Assembly (NCBI RefSeq): GCF_036321535.1
Contig: NC_087437.1
Coordinates: 93,126,001-93,190,000, forward strand
Direction: 5' to 3'
DNA length: 64,000 nt
Source of the DNA: Camelus dromedarius
Lineage: Eukaryota
Within the stretch, counting starts at the first letter, position 1. The number at the start of each line of letters is the position of its first letter. Below the pieces are notes generated by a model. That model ran no database searches. It was not told the DNA's origin and was given only the letters and a program-made list of their open reading frames with translations. Shown here piece by piece: positions 24,070 through 37,500 of this stretch. Made by a program: the position numbers and the translations under genes.

Positions 24070-24825
24070 CTGGCTTGGTAACCATCTGGCGTCCTGTAAT
24101 GGTGGGAGGAGTAAAAACAAGGAGAAAATGAAAATCAATGACAACTTTAAAGATTTAAGAAGGAAAAAACGTTAACATGAATAAGTGACATAGAAATAAC
24201 TGATAGAGAAGAGAAAAAAAAGAAGATATTGATTTTGAACCTCTTAAGATTTAGATGCCGAGGCTAATCCATGTGGAAATGTCTAGCTGGCTGCTAAAAT
24301 TTTAATCTAAATCTCAGGAGATTTAGGAACCAGAGATATAAACTTGAATGCCATCCATAAGGAGGTGGTAAACAAAGTTAGAAGGTAATATTGCTGAACT
24401 CAGACCTGTCCAAGAATGCACGTGTGTTTGGTGTGTGGAAGGTTAACACGCCAGAGAATGGGAGATGGGAGCACCTCCAGAGACATAAGGGAGTCCAGAA
24501 AATGCCGAGTTATGTGACAAAAGGAAATGGGATTTTAGAACAAAAGTAACATCAACTATGACAAAAGGTAGACAGCGGTGAGAAATGTCACAGAGGAGTA
24601 AGACAAGTGAAAAGCCATGATTTGATCTCCCATTTAGATTGTCAGTTATGATTCTTTAAGGGAAAATGGTCACCCAAATGCTGGGAGGTAGGAGAAAACA
24701 GAGACTGGAAAGATTTGAGGAGTGAGCAGTGGACGGTTGATGACTGGCAAATGTGGGTTTGCTAGAGACAGACAGGAAAGCTTGATAATACACCTGGAGG
24801 GGAAAAGCGTAGTCCCTTTTCTCAG

Positions 24826-25494
24826 TGAAACCGAGGCTGGTCATCAGTTAGATCCCTTAAACTGTGACTTGCTTAATAAATAATATTCTGTAACCTACCT
24901 TCATTTGCTAAACCTGCTTCCTTTGTTCTTGCAAGTTGCAAACCCTGAAAGCCTCACAGGGTTTAGACGATATATCATAAGATTTCTTTAACCACCCTCC
25001 TCCCAGAGATAACACCTCTGATGTATGGGTCACCATAATAACAGCTGCTTAAGTAGTTTTCCAGGAACCTGGAGTTAGCGTTGCCCAGCTTAAACCAAAG
25101 GAGACCACCTACCATTCAACTGGGCCTGAGTAAGTGGCCCATGGATGGCCTATTGACGTCAGAGGGCCCAAAGCTCCACCCCCAGATCATATTACTGTTG
25201 CCATTTTCTGAATATGCAGCCCATGAAGAAGCACATAGCTCAGATACGCCTGCGCAGAACACTGGCTACTTCATCTCTTCCTTGCTTCCATCATCCTTCC
25301 CCACACTTCAGACCACCCTGCTTCTTTATCCCATAATATCCCCAGCTTCTTGTCTTTGGGGAGTTGGATTTGAGACTTGTTCCCGGGTCTCCTCGCTTGG
25401 TTGCCTCAAGAATAAGCCCTTTCTCTGCTGCAAACCTCGGCGGCTCAGGATCTGGCCTCCTGTGTGTCCAGCAAATGCACCTGGCTCGGTAACA
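24826..25494 (+). mobile_element. Solo ERV LTR (~669 bp, ERV1-like)
   Basis: TGAAACCGAG...CTCGGTAACA imperfect inverted termini, degenerate 4-bp TSD (TCAG/TCCG) and a U3-R-U5-like layout with an aataag variant signal near 25411. Confidence 0.7.
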
Positions 25495-28400
25495 TCCGGA
25501 AAGGAGAGTGAACACTCACTGCCAGAGGAGGAGCCGGTAAGTAGAGAGAGAACACCTGAGGGGGTCTGTTTAGACGTGAGAGGGCCGGCCTGAGCAAACA
25601 GGCTGAGTGTGACTTGGACACAAGTAAGGGCAATTCTTCCAGAGACACCAAAGAGGAGACAGGTATCAGGTAAGATTTTTACGTGAAAACGTAAGAAACC
25701 GGTGGCCATTTTATTAGCACCGCTCTTCACTTTGAAGAGAAAGATTGAAGCATCAAGTTAGAAACTTGTGAAAGCTGACAGTGGTGTTTAACACTCATTC
25801 TAGGAACTGATTACACATATCAAAAATGATTGTCTAGTAGCTGTTTAATTCCTCCTGGTAAGTTAGATCACATGAATTTGACACACAGATAGTGGAACTT
25901 CTATGATTTTTTTTTCTATAACAGTTCTTATCGACCTGAAAGTTGGACTGGAGAAAAGGAAGGACAGTATTTCTAGAAAGACAGTGATACAGCAGGGAGA
26001 TAAGGAAGAAAGGGATCTTGGGGTGTTAGAACAAGCATTGTTAAAAAGGATGTCTGAGTGAGAGGAGTAAAACCACGTTCAAAAAAATTGAGACTATATA
26101 GGGACTAGAGGACAGTATAATTGAAAAGTGCAAGTTGATTAAGGTGTGGCAAGCAATTCTTTAGAAAAAAAAAAGAATTTTTCTTTATAGGTGTTCAGTG
26201 AATGTTCACCAAGGTCAAATACTTTATCTTCAAGTTCAAATACATAATTACATTCAGATAACTCTAGGGTGCCTCTTCAAGCCCTGCATGTGTTTATCTC
26301 TTGTGCAGAGAATTATGTCAGACTGTTGGATCTTTGGTTTTTTTCTTGTGAAGCTGTTTTTTTTTTTCTATGGGATTCATTTCTGACATTATTCAATGAA
26401 ACTCATTTTTCTTCTTTTATATCAAATAGATTTTCCCACAGCTTAAAAAAAAAAAACTTACTGTGTGAAAGGGAGATTTTGCCCCCCCCCTTTTTTTTTT
26501 TAAAGAAATAAAACCTAATAGCTTTATGTCTTTTGATGAATGAGCTGGAGGAATCAAGTTATAAGTACCTTCTCCTCTACATAATTATTTCCATTGGAGT
26601 GTGGGGTTTGATAAACTAGGAACTGGAGAAGAGTGTTATCTGTTCATGTTATGAGTTTGGTGTGGATGTCCACACATCAGTTCTATCAAGTAATCCACAA
26701 TTCCTGCCTTGGAACTATCTGGAAACAGAAAATATTTGATCAAAAGGGGAATCCTAACTTGGTAAGTTTTGAGCTCATGAGCAGAAAGAGATACTAATTC
26801 TTTTACTTGTAAAATTACCTCCTAAACTGGAGATTGGTCAAAGAGCTTTCCTTAACTTACATGAGTTAAATATTCAAATCAAGAATTAGAACTTTGATAT
26901 ATTCAGGAAAGTTGTAAATATTGTCACTTTCAGCTGGAAAACTCTGTATAATTACTGAAGTTGTTAGAACCGTATTTATTTTTTATTTAACTACTCTGTT
27001 CACAGAATATGAGACTTCTGGTCTAGGAAATGAAGACATTTGTCCATAGCACACTGAGAGGGCTGTGGGAGAAGAAAAGGTATGTGTGCTGAGGTGGCCG
27101 GCTAGAGAGCTCGCCGTAAACAAGGTATGGCTAACAAATGAGTCAGCACATGAATATGTATGTGCAGTATATTTGTCTAAGCGCAGGCTCTAAACTTCGC
27201 CTGAGTTCACCGCTGGGAAGCACAGCCATTCACATCTTATCAAAAGTTTGGTTTAAAAGTGTTTCTAATGCAGCAGCTGCTAGTTATGCGCTGCATCAAG
27301 CCACAAGGAAGCGGCTCTCTACGATGCTTCTGAAATCCAAAAAGGAGTCTTGAAGCCGCAAAGCTGATGAGCTGGTGAAGGAGTCTCGGGAGGACAATAA
27401 TTTGTCAGCACTGAAGGGACTGAGAGCATTTAAATTTCTGTGCACACCCCCAGACTGATTTTCACATCCTCCTGATTTCCAAACTCCTCTTTTCTCCTGC
27501 TCGCCTGTTCATGCTTCTGCCCTCCCACCTTCAGAATTCTGATTTCCATCCCTCCTTTTGTGTCCAAAGCCTTCCTGCTCAAAACTCACTTTGAATTTTC
27601 TAAAGGAGATAATGTAAGAAGAGCATCCAGCACCTGGGTATGTATTGGTTTTCAATACAACAGAGGAAATGAGTTTTATTTCTTGACCCTCTGAACTCAC
27701 AGCTTTTAACCTTTTCCAGTGACTTGTCTTTTTTAGGTGTTGTATTTCATTGCTATGAACATTTCATATATGTGCATTTTGTCCCCCTAACTGTATTATT
27801 ATACAACCTTGAAGCTCAATTCTTTATACGCTATGGCATTCTTTTTTTCTTTTTAAATCAAAATGCAGCGTATAGTACAGTGACACAGAGTATGTTCAAT
27901 TAATTTTTGTGAAGAAATAGCTTTTTTTCATAGAAGAGAGAAATTTCACCTAAACGTATCATTTATCCCCCTGATATTTTGCCTACAAAAGACTCATGCA
28001 AGGCAGTTCATCGACCCGATATTCTGAGATGATAATCTAATTTTCATTATGCAGTGGCTCAAACTGGAGGGCTGATGAGATTTAGCTGTTTTATTTTGCA
28101 GGTGAGGAAACAGGACTGTTTACTCAGAGGACTAACTTCCTGAGGACAGTGGAGGAAAACAGTAGCAATAACCAGGACAAAACCCAATAACAAGCTTCCG
28201 CAGGGTTGTCATCTATCCTGAAAGATGTTGTTGTGTGACGTTCCTTCCCCTGATGGGAGAAATTTAGTTTGTCTGAATTTTCTACAATATAAATTTGAGG
28301 CATAGGAATAATTTCATCATTTTTGAACCTAAATCACTTTCACAGTTAATTCTTTATAAAAATGTTTTCCGGGTTATGAAAAGAATTAGAATTTCTTATG

Positions 28401-29262
28401 TTTGGACTGTCTTGCAGTAAAGAGGTGGAAAATAGAATTAACTGAAACAAAATGGTGTGTTACGCATCATGATAAATTATTTATTTTTTTATTTCTTTTT
28501 TGGGGGGGCTTGAGTTTTTCTTCATGATTGACCTTCAGATGCTTCTAAATATCTTTCTGCCACAGAACTGAGTAGACTAGCACATGGCCTTCCCAGGTTT
28601 CAAGGTACAAATTAACTTGACTCTCCTGGAGCTTAAGCCTAAGGTCACTGGGTGACTTTTAATGGAGACTTATGAATTGAATAGTCAAAGCTTACTCTTT
28701 GCAAGTTAGCATCCACTCATAATCAAAGTCCATTTGTGCTCTGGCTTTGATAATTTTAGTGATGGCTATGTCACAAGCTGATTCGAGCAGTATTTTTGGC
28801 AGTACTTTTGCAAATTCTGATATAGAAAAGAGCTGAGCAACATAAAAATATCATGCCAAGTCGTCAACATTTGGTGACATTCTTTAAAAAATTATCAAAG
28901 CAATTAGTCAAGAAATGTACTGAGTTTCTAATGATGCCCTGTGTGTGATTCACCACAGACCCCCAGTGTCATGTTTCTCAGCCCTGTGGCACTGGGCAAG
29001 AGGTGTATAATATGACACTTTCCCTCAAATAGCTTAAAACCTATTGAGAGAGACAAAATAAGAGAACAGTTATGAATTTTAAATTGAGAGGAAAGAGAAG
29101 TCACAGTAAGCTGGAATATTTTAAATGATTTTTTTATTTTTGGAAAATGGATTATAAGTTGACTACAATGCAGTGTAGAATTTGGACTCATTGATGGGAA
29201 AAGCACAGTCAGTTGAAGAAGATGAAATCGTATTAGCAAAGGTATAAATGTGAGTATGAGTA

Positions 29263-29739
29263 TGTGAACAAAAAATACTGCAAGCTATATCAGTAACAAA
29301 GCCATCAAGTCATCAGCCGCTGCTGCCACCCCCCTGTGAAGACAAGCCTGCAGCCCGGCCTCTGCAGCCACTCACAGTGGTGGACCCTGAGGGGACTCCG
29401 AATAATAAAGGACAAGATACTGGCCCTAGGTAGCTAGGTGCTTGTCAAAGGAATGAATTCCATGAGCCCAAATGTTTGCTTCCTCCCATACATAGAAAAG
29501 CACTGAATTCTTTAACTTGAGATGCCTGGTTTTCTTTAGATAACAAGTAATCTTTTAATGTTCCAACTACCTGGTCTTTGTTGTAAATCTCCTATGTATC
29601 CTAGCTCCTCCCCTACCTCTTCGGAGCAGTCCCTCAGAGCGACCTGAGAGGCTGTCATCCTGGGCTGAGTCCCCAGAATTGTTCCACTGAATAAAACATA
29701 ACTCTCAGCATTTAGGTTGTGCATTTATTTCAGTCGACA
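29263..29739 (+). mobile_element. Solo ERV LTR (ERV1-like), 477 bp
   Basis: TG...CA termini, perfect 4-bp TSD AGTA (29259-29262, 29740-29743) and AATAAA near 29690. Confidence 0.85.
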
Positions 29740-32700
29740 AGTATTGTGTGTCAGAAAACATAGAAGGCATCAGCCAGAACAGAATAGACCATTCGTGGTG
29801 GGACACGGTGGGAGGCCAGGCTGAGGAGGTATTTGTGGCAGGAGGTGAGCTCTGCGTCCTCCTGTTCCGCCATCTTGAAGCCCCTCTGAAGAAGCAGATT
29901 TATGAAGAACTTACTACAGCTGAATAGTCTGCTCAGAGGAGAATCAATACAGAGTATGTTCCTGAGCAGTGGAATTAGATAATGACATCATTCTTCTACA
30001 AAGATTAATCAAATCGATGCATTAAGATGATTGAAAGAGGAGAGAGGTGAGAGTTAAAGAAGACAGAAATTTCCAACTCAGAATGACTGCTAAGAAAGAG
30101 GGAATGGAGAAGAATGTATAAATATAAAAGATGTTTTAAGGAAGAAACAATTGAGCATTATGACTTAGCTGAAGAAAATGGAAGTGAAAACACAGTCAGC
30201 AGTATGCCAACCTTACAAATGACCAGATATCTCTAATGAGTAATAAAACGTTCATTGTGTTTACTTAGCTCTGCCACCTTGAGTGTTCAATGAATTTATT
30301 CATTAAAAGGTAATGTATCAATGTCACGCCAGTATGTAGGAGGCTAGCAAATAACAGAAAGTGGCCTCACCCGACGCCGCTCTCACTCAGCCAAGGGAAT
30401 GCGTAGCCATTATGTTTTAGAGAATGCCCTTCAGGACTGCTAGACAGGGATCAAATATTTTCCATTGTGATACAGAGCATTGCGGTTTCCCAGTGTTAAT
30501 TATGTTACCCTTCTGCAAAACCCCTTCTTTCTTTGAGCTTCACGCCACACTCTGCCCCTCCTCAGAGCTGTGCTTCTCCAATCATCTGTTCCTCTCAAAA
30601 AATGTTGACACATCGGTCATTGCTTCCTTTGTGCTCCAAAATCTGACAGGAGGAGCTGCTGCTTCTCCTCTCAAATTGTGAGATCCAGCAGCCTTCGTAT
30701 GACCACAATCTCTCATTCCTTCAGTTGCTCTCACACCTACTCTCCTGATGCCAATAATTTCTCAATGACTATCAGCTGCTTCTGAGTTCACCAGAAATAT
30801 TTGCAAGCCAGATATCCTCAACACCAGTGCGAAGCAAAACTCCAATCCTGAATTTATGCGGTAATCTACCACCTCCCCTTACCTATTTGAGATACGGTAT
30901 AAGAATATCCGTGAACCTTAACCTCAGTGGAATCCTTATAGCCAAGAATACGTCGAGAAAGAATATAAAGACAAATGGTTCCTACTTTTAGTATCTCTGC
31001 CCACTATCTGAAACAAGCAGCAGACTACCAATGGCCACTTGTCTACAGTGAGCCCTGTGTGCATGTATGTCCGTGTGTGTTCGTATATGTGAGTGTGTGT
31101 TCCGTTCCAGGGAAGAATAGGGGTTAAATAAAAGAAGAATCAAATTGCTTCTTTTACTGTAAATCAGTCCTCACTCTCTGACCCCCCACGTCCAATTTCC
31201 TCTTTTACTTCTCAGGTTTCTACTCTATGAATCTCTAGTTTTATGCACTGTCTTACTTTTTTTCCCCTGAGAATAAAAGAATCCAAAGGCTTTCCAGATT
31301 ATGTATTTCAGTGCAAGCATTACAAAGGGATTTAAGATTTGAAAACTTCGCTCCCCTATTTAGCAAAATTTTAGATAAATAAAAAAAAATAAGGATAAGT
31401 GTTAGACCATATGTGTGTATGTATTTGTGGATTATACATTATGCCCAAACAAAATATAAAGATAAGAAAGGCACTTTAAATACAACATCATTTTTACATA
31501 TGTCTCTACCATTCTGAGAATTACAATGTTCTTTTATTTAAGAAAACCAGCGTCCCAACATGGTTCCTTGAGTCTCTCATCAGAAAGGATTAGCTTACAA
31601 GTTTCCTTGACCTGAAAAGTAACCTTTAGCTGACAAATGCATGTAAGGAAGTGAAAAACAGCAGTGTTTCTATTCTTGCCCATGTCTTCCTGATCTCTTC
31701 TGATGTAAAAAGTATTTCGGCCTTCAAAAAACTATTGTTTTATATCTGCATATGTTAAAGAAAGCTTTAAATAATTAAGGTGTTTCCTGATGTGAGCCTA
31801 CATATAAATTTAAAATTTAAGGCTAAGCAATAAAGCATTCTCTTTGAATTAAAGTGAACTTGCTGAAATGATTCATTAAATCCTTAAAAATAATTCAAAC
31901 TTCAAGAATCTATACTAATGAATATTTCCTGTATAGCTTGCAAATTAAGTTGGACAAGTCTACAAAGAAATAGCTACCAATATAGAAATGCTGATAAGTC
32001 ACACAGATTCATGATTTTACTATAAAAGAGTTCATTAACACATGAAATATATGGGGTTGTATATGTTTTGAATATATAATTAGGAACCTTACAGAGCCAG
32101 TGATTTCATACACGTAGGTTTTCTATTTTTTGAAGTGTATCCTTAAATCCCCAAAGACATACATATATTGCAGCAAAGTTACCAAAGGAAGCAGAGGATA
32201 GAAAGGTTGGAGATGCTTTCTCAGAAATGCGGTTTTGTCACCTTTTATTTGGCTTAGTGACCCCAGCCAAATACAGTCAGCCTTAGTTCAAAGAGTAACT
32301 GAATAGTACCAAGAAGTTAGAAATTCCATGGAGACAGGTACCATGTATTTAGTCTCTGAGCAGTAATTTTCCTTAAAAAATGGACTCTCCTTTTTGTATG
32401 GATATAAATCATTCATATTTAATTTGTTTAAGATATAACAATATTTATAAATCTGAAGATATGAAATCAATTATCAAAAGCTTGACTTTAAAGAGATTTT
32501 AAATTTTCTTAGTTAAGAATTCAGATTACAATGTATAGAGATGTGGGGAGCGTAAGTACCCCAGACTAAGAAGTTTGTAGTTCGATTAATAGAAGGTATC
32601 TTTTTCTTCCTGGAAGAAAGAAAATAATATTTATTAAATGCTAGGTTTTTAATAGGACACTGGTGAGGTATTAATTTGCCCGTTTTTGGAACTGAAGTGA

Positions 32701-33083
32701 CTGAAGCTTAGGTAACTGTCCAAAAATGATGTGGTTAACAGGAGGAGCAGAGTTTTGAATTCACGTTTGCTTCACCCCGAAGAGGATATTCCTTGCACCC
32801 TAGCAGATTTCCTCCACTGCTGCTGCTCTGTTATACTATATGCAATTCAAAAGTAATCATTATTTGATTCATTAAATAGCAAATACATACTGATTGATGA
32901 TGAATATGTTATAAGCTAGGACAACATCTTGGGAAAGCAAATTGGCAATAAGCAGCAGACAGCTACAGAAATAATTGAGGACAAACTTACTGGAAATTCC
33001 TACCCTCCTACATGGAAAGGGCCTGAATATCGCTGGAGTTAGGTGCTTGGATGTTGTTTGAGAAAACAATTATTTCATGACAC

Positions 33084-33538
33084 TTGTTAATGACAGTAAA
33101 GAAAACTTTTTCTAGAGGATGCCATTGAGGTTGAAATAGGAACCACTGCACTAGGGTCTTGCAGTGCGGAGAGAGAGATAGGGCTCAACTCCAAGTACAG
33201 TATGGTAGGTGGGAATTTACAACCAAGAGCAGGATATGGGTTATTGTATGGAAAACTGTATGGAAACAACAGTGGTGAGGGGAGATTCTGGCGAAACCAA
33301 CCTAACAGAAGTCTTGCTGAAGCCAGAGCAGGGTGATCAGACGTCAACTGAGGAATGATGAAAGACAAGGAACCCAATGAGATATCAAAGGTGATCAGAT
33401 ATAGAGGATGGAAGATTCTAGCTAAACCTACTTAACTGGACAATGCAGAGACAAACATGGAAGTCGGAACGGGGAGGCCTAGCTGAGAAATTTCAGGAGA
33501 GACTGAATAGAGTTTGGTCAAGGAGAGAACCTTCATCA
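33084..33538 (-). mobile_element. Old ERV LTR (MER-type, subfamily uncertain)
   Basis: TG...CA-bounded segment with LTR-like sequence (gggctcaactccaagtacag...gtgggaattta). Confidence 0.5.
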
Positions 33539-34111
33539 ATGTCTTCAGGCCTTTTTTGTTCCACCTTTTCTTTCTGCTCTTCTTTGTGTTCTGGTGTCTC
33601 TGAAAACTGCTTTCTCCACAAAGTTGGAACCGTGGTCACCAGCAGCTCTGCGCACAGGTTTTCAAGATGAAGCAAAACCAGCTTTCAATTACCCTCCCAG
33701 TTCCCACAATTCCTAGTTATAAAGCTCTCTGAGAAGTAGCCTAGTCTGGCTTGGGTCATGTGTCTATGCCTGGGTGAATCACAGTCGAGCAGGGGTACAG
33801 AGAGCTACAACAGGCTGTGCTTGGATCAGATGCTCATCCTTCATCCAGTCACCGTGGCAAGGAAGGTACAAGCATGTAAGCAACCAATAAGCCTGCGCCT
33901 GTCAAACACTTTCCCCAGCACTGGGGAAGGGTACTGTCCTGGAAAAACAAGACAATAAGTGTATCTTACATACTCCAAAATATTTCGTCATTTGCTTAAA
34001 AAGATTCAAATGGGTTCCAGTCACTGTGACCATAAAAGTTTAAATTATGAAATAAAATATTTATTGTGGCTAAAAATAAGTTTAAATTATGAAATCAAAA
34101 TTATTTTTACA

Positions 34112-34598
34112 TTTTTTATTGAAGTATAGTCAGTTTATAATGTGTTAATTTCTGGTGTACAGCATAGTGATTCAGTTATACATATATATTCTTATTCATT
34201 ATAGGTTATTACAAGATATTGAATATAGTTCCCTGTGCTATCCAGTAGGAACTTGTTTATCTGTTTTATATATAGTAGTTAGTATCTGCAAATCCCAAAC
34301 TCCCAATTTATCCCTCCACCTCCCTCCTTTCCTAACCATGAATTTGTTTTCTATGCCTGTGAGTCTATTTTTGTTTTGTAAATAAGTTCACTTGTGTAAA
34401 TTTTTAGATTCCAAATATAAGTAATATCATATATTTGTCTTTCTCTTTCTGGCTTACTTCACTTAGTATGATGATCTCCAAGTCCATCCATGTTCCTGTA
34501 AATGGCATTATCTTATTCTTTTTATGGCTGAGTATTATTCCATTGTATATACATACCACATCTTATTTATCCAATCATCTGTCAATGGACATTTAGGT
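34112..34598 (-). mobile_element. 5'-truncated L1 3' end
   Basis: ttttattgaagtatagtcagttt terminus; near-identical to the 3' end of the 44457-47300 L1. Confidence 0.9.
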
Positions 34599-37500
34599 AA
34601 AATATTTTTATTTGTTATGACAAACTATACCAAAGAGAAATACAAAGGAAAGAGAAAGCTCTATATATGCAACATCCATTTTAACATAGCAGTCAGTGTT
34701 TTTTACTACCTAGCATTCCATTTTGCTCTCATCCTGATAATTACCCAATTTTCATGTAGGTGTGGACTCCTCTGCAGTCAAGGTGATCCGCTGTGCCCTC
34801 CAGGCCTGCGAATGATTGTCTCAGGGAAATCCCACAGTGATGAGTTCAATGACCCAGACCTAAGTCAATCAGTGAATGGCCTTCTCCTGGCCACAGGGCT
34901 CAGTTACCAGGATTAACAATAACTCATGAGGGTGAAATTGGAGAGAGTTTTTCTGGGGGTGACAGAAAAGCGGTCTTCTGAGTTTTTATGAGAGAGAAAT
35001 CAGGGGGAAAATAAGCTATTCTCTGCTCTGCCACCATCTTGATTTGTGGACATGTGAAGCCTGGTGCTGCTAGAGGCCTTTTGAACCATGACAGAAGCTG
35101 TTCTCATGGCTAAGCCCATGTCCCTGGAAGGGCACAGATGAGGGATTTTGGGGAAATGAAACCAGCTCCACCTTATTAAGAAAACTGAAGTTTGTCCTTC
35201 CATTGGGTATCCAGCTATCTAAACAAATACCTGTCCTTCAGATTTAAGTTATTTGGGGTCTTTCCTCCTCTTATTTATATTACATCCCAAATGAAGCTTT
35301 AATTACCATATTATTACAAACAGCATAAATGCTCAACTAAAGAAGAGTGGAAAATAAGTTTTAAAATAGCCACTCAGAGAAATATTTTGGAGATATTAAA
35401 TGTTATTATCATGAAGACTATATAGCAATAGGTTACTTTTAAAGTTACAAACAAGTGCTTTACCTTTTGTTATCATCAGTCAGCATCTGGCAGTCACATT
35501 GGGTATCTTAAATTCTGACGTGTGAACATAGGCCTCAGAGGTCTGACATCATTGGGAATGAGATATTCCATAAAAGGGACTCCCCAGAATACTCATGCTT
35601 TATTTTCTAATCAGCTACATATTTTTATGGGAATATGTGTATGACGTGGTAAATACTTCCTGCCTTCCTGGAGCAGGTTACATAATTGAATGTTTTCTCG
35701 ATGACTTTGGGTCATCACCGTGCATATCAATTGTACTGTATACAGCAAAGTAATTATCCGAGGAGGCTTTTGCCTCAAGATGCTATGCCTTTGGAAGTCT
35801 TGGGTCAGTTTTTTATATTCACTTTTTGTAATTACTTTGTGTATTTTACGGTTCCTCTGACTTGCCCCTCCGTCAGGCTGTCAGCTGTCATTTCTTGCTG
35901 CTCTTTGATGGCCTGCTGATATAGTCATGACCCCTTCTAATTTTATGCTTCTAACCTGTTCTAGATTAGAAAACTGTGGCACACTTTTTTAGAACTGTGT
36001 TTAAAGGAGAAGTCAAGGATTTTTAGTAGGAAATTTGTCTAATATACCAAGTTCTGGAACAGAACATTGCGTTCTTTCATTTGGGCTGTCCAAATACTTC
36101 AGGACAGAGAGAGTCAGGAAAAACTATCCTACCATGTGCTGATTACAAAATGAAGAGATCACTTGTGTGTGGAAGGAATTTTTCTGTTAAATCTCTTAAA
36201 ATTAATGGGATTGTTTGGAGCAATATTTATATTGGGTTAATCTGAATTTTGCCCTGAAGTAGGCTTGTTGCCAAGTGACATGTAAATTTTAAATCTGTGA
36301 CATGTCTTTAGCTAGAAAGCTCATTAGTCAAGATGACATATGATCCTTCAGTTTACCAAATACATACCAGTTTCAATGATGTTCCTTAATTGTTCCCAGC
36401 TTAAGACAGAGCTGGTCTGTTATCAGTATGATGTTTTCATAGTGCCCGGGTTTCCTAGATGAAAACATCTAAGTAAATATGCTCCTTTCCTGCCACTAAA
36501 ATTACACATTTTCCAGCTGAATGGGTTTTTGAAGGAAAAATGAACTATTGACTAAATATTTTTAAAATCTGCAGTACCTTGAATTGACATCTTTGGATTG
36601 AGTTCATCTTGAGTCTCAATGGATAGCATTTATTATGACATCAATTTGAAGCTCCAAGAAGACCATACAGAAATGATGCCTGAAATATTTTATCGATGCT
36701 TTAGACACAGTTAATTTTTATAGTTATCTTTAATGTATCTACTTTGCTTAATAGCAGCCTTTACTCATTGTGCTTCCATCAGCTAAGGCATATAATGTAC
36801 TATTTGGTGTAACGAAGCCTTATAAGAAGCAAAACCTTTAATATCTAATTTGCTAACTCCAATTTTCCAGTTTTTAATCTGAAACGATATTTGTAAATTG
36901 GATTATAGAGAAAACATTTCACTTGGAGAAATTATACCAGAAGTTTTTAAAATAAATTTCTCAATTTTCCTTTTTCAAGAAAGATAAAACTTTGTTTTGA
37001 GAAGTCATAGAATTTGAGCCTTTAAACCAAAAATTGAAGAGGAGGATTCTAGAGCTCTCTGGTTTACGAGGAATGTATGTGCTTCATGGGAAATTTTCCT
37101 CAGACTTAGTCCATGTGGATTATCCTTTAAAATGTTTTCATCAGTTTTGCCTTTCTGCCTTCGATTGAAATGAGTCTAACCCTTGGATGTTGCTGAATTT
37201 ATAGCTCTAGTAAAACAAACTCATCTGGCATTTTCTACACACAATTGGGTTTCTTAGCTGCTCGAAAGATTTGAGCTACAGTAGTTTGCTTCATTATTAA
37301 AGACATATGATGCCTGTTGTACAGATATCCCCTTGGGCAGCAGAGCTGATAAAAGAATAAAGAATTTCAAGAATCTGTATCTCGAAAATAAGTCCCAAGG
37401 TATCATTCTTTCATTTTTTTTTAAGTTGTAGGAAAGCTTGCAAAATAATTTCCATTTTTATTTAGCTTTGTACTTATTGTGAAGCTGTGTGAGAATACAG

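Noticed and set aside
25081..25593. Longest ORF in the track (170 aa)
   Set aside because: It starts at TTG, lies mostly inside a solo LTR and has no recognisable domain.
28080..28125. Acceptor-like ttttattttgcag|gtgagg
   Set aside because: It matches the antisense MIR phrase (tttacagatgaggaaac), and no coding exon follows.
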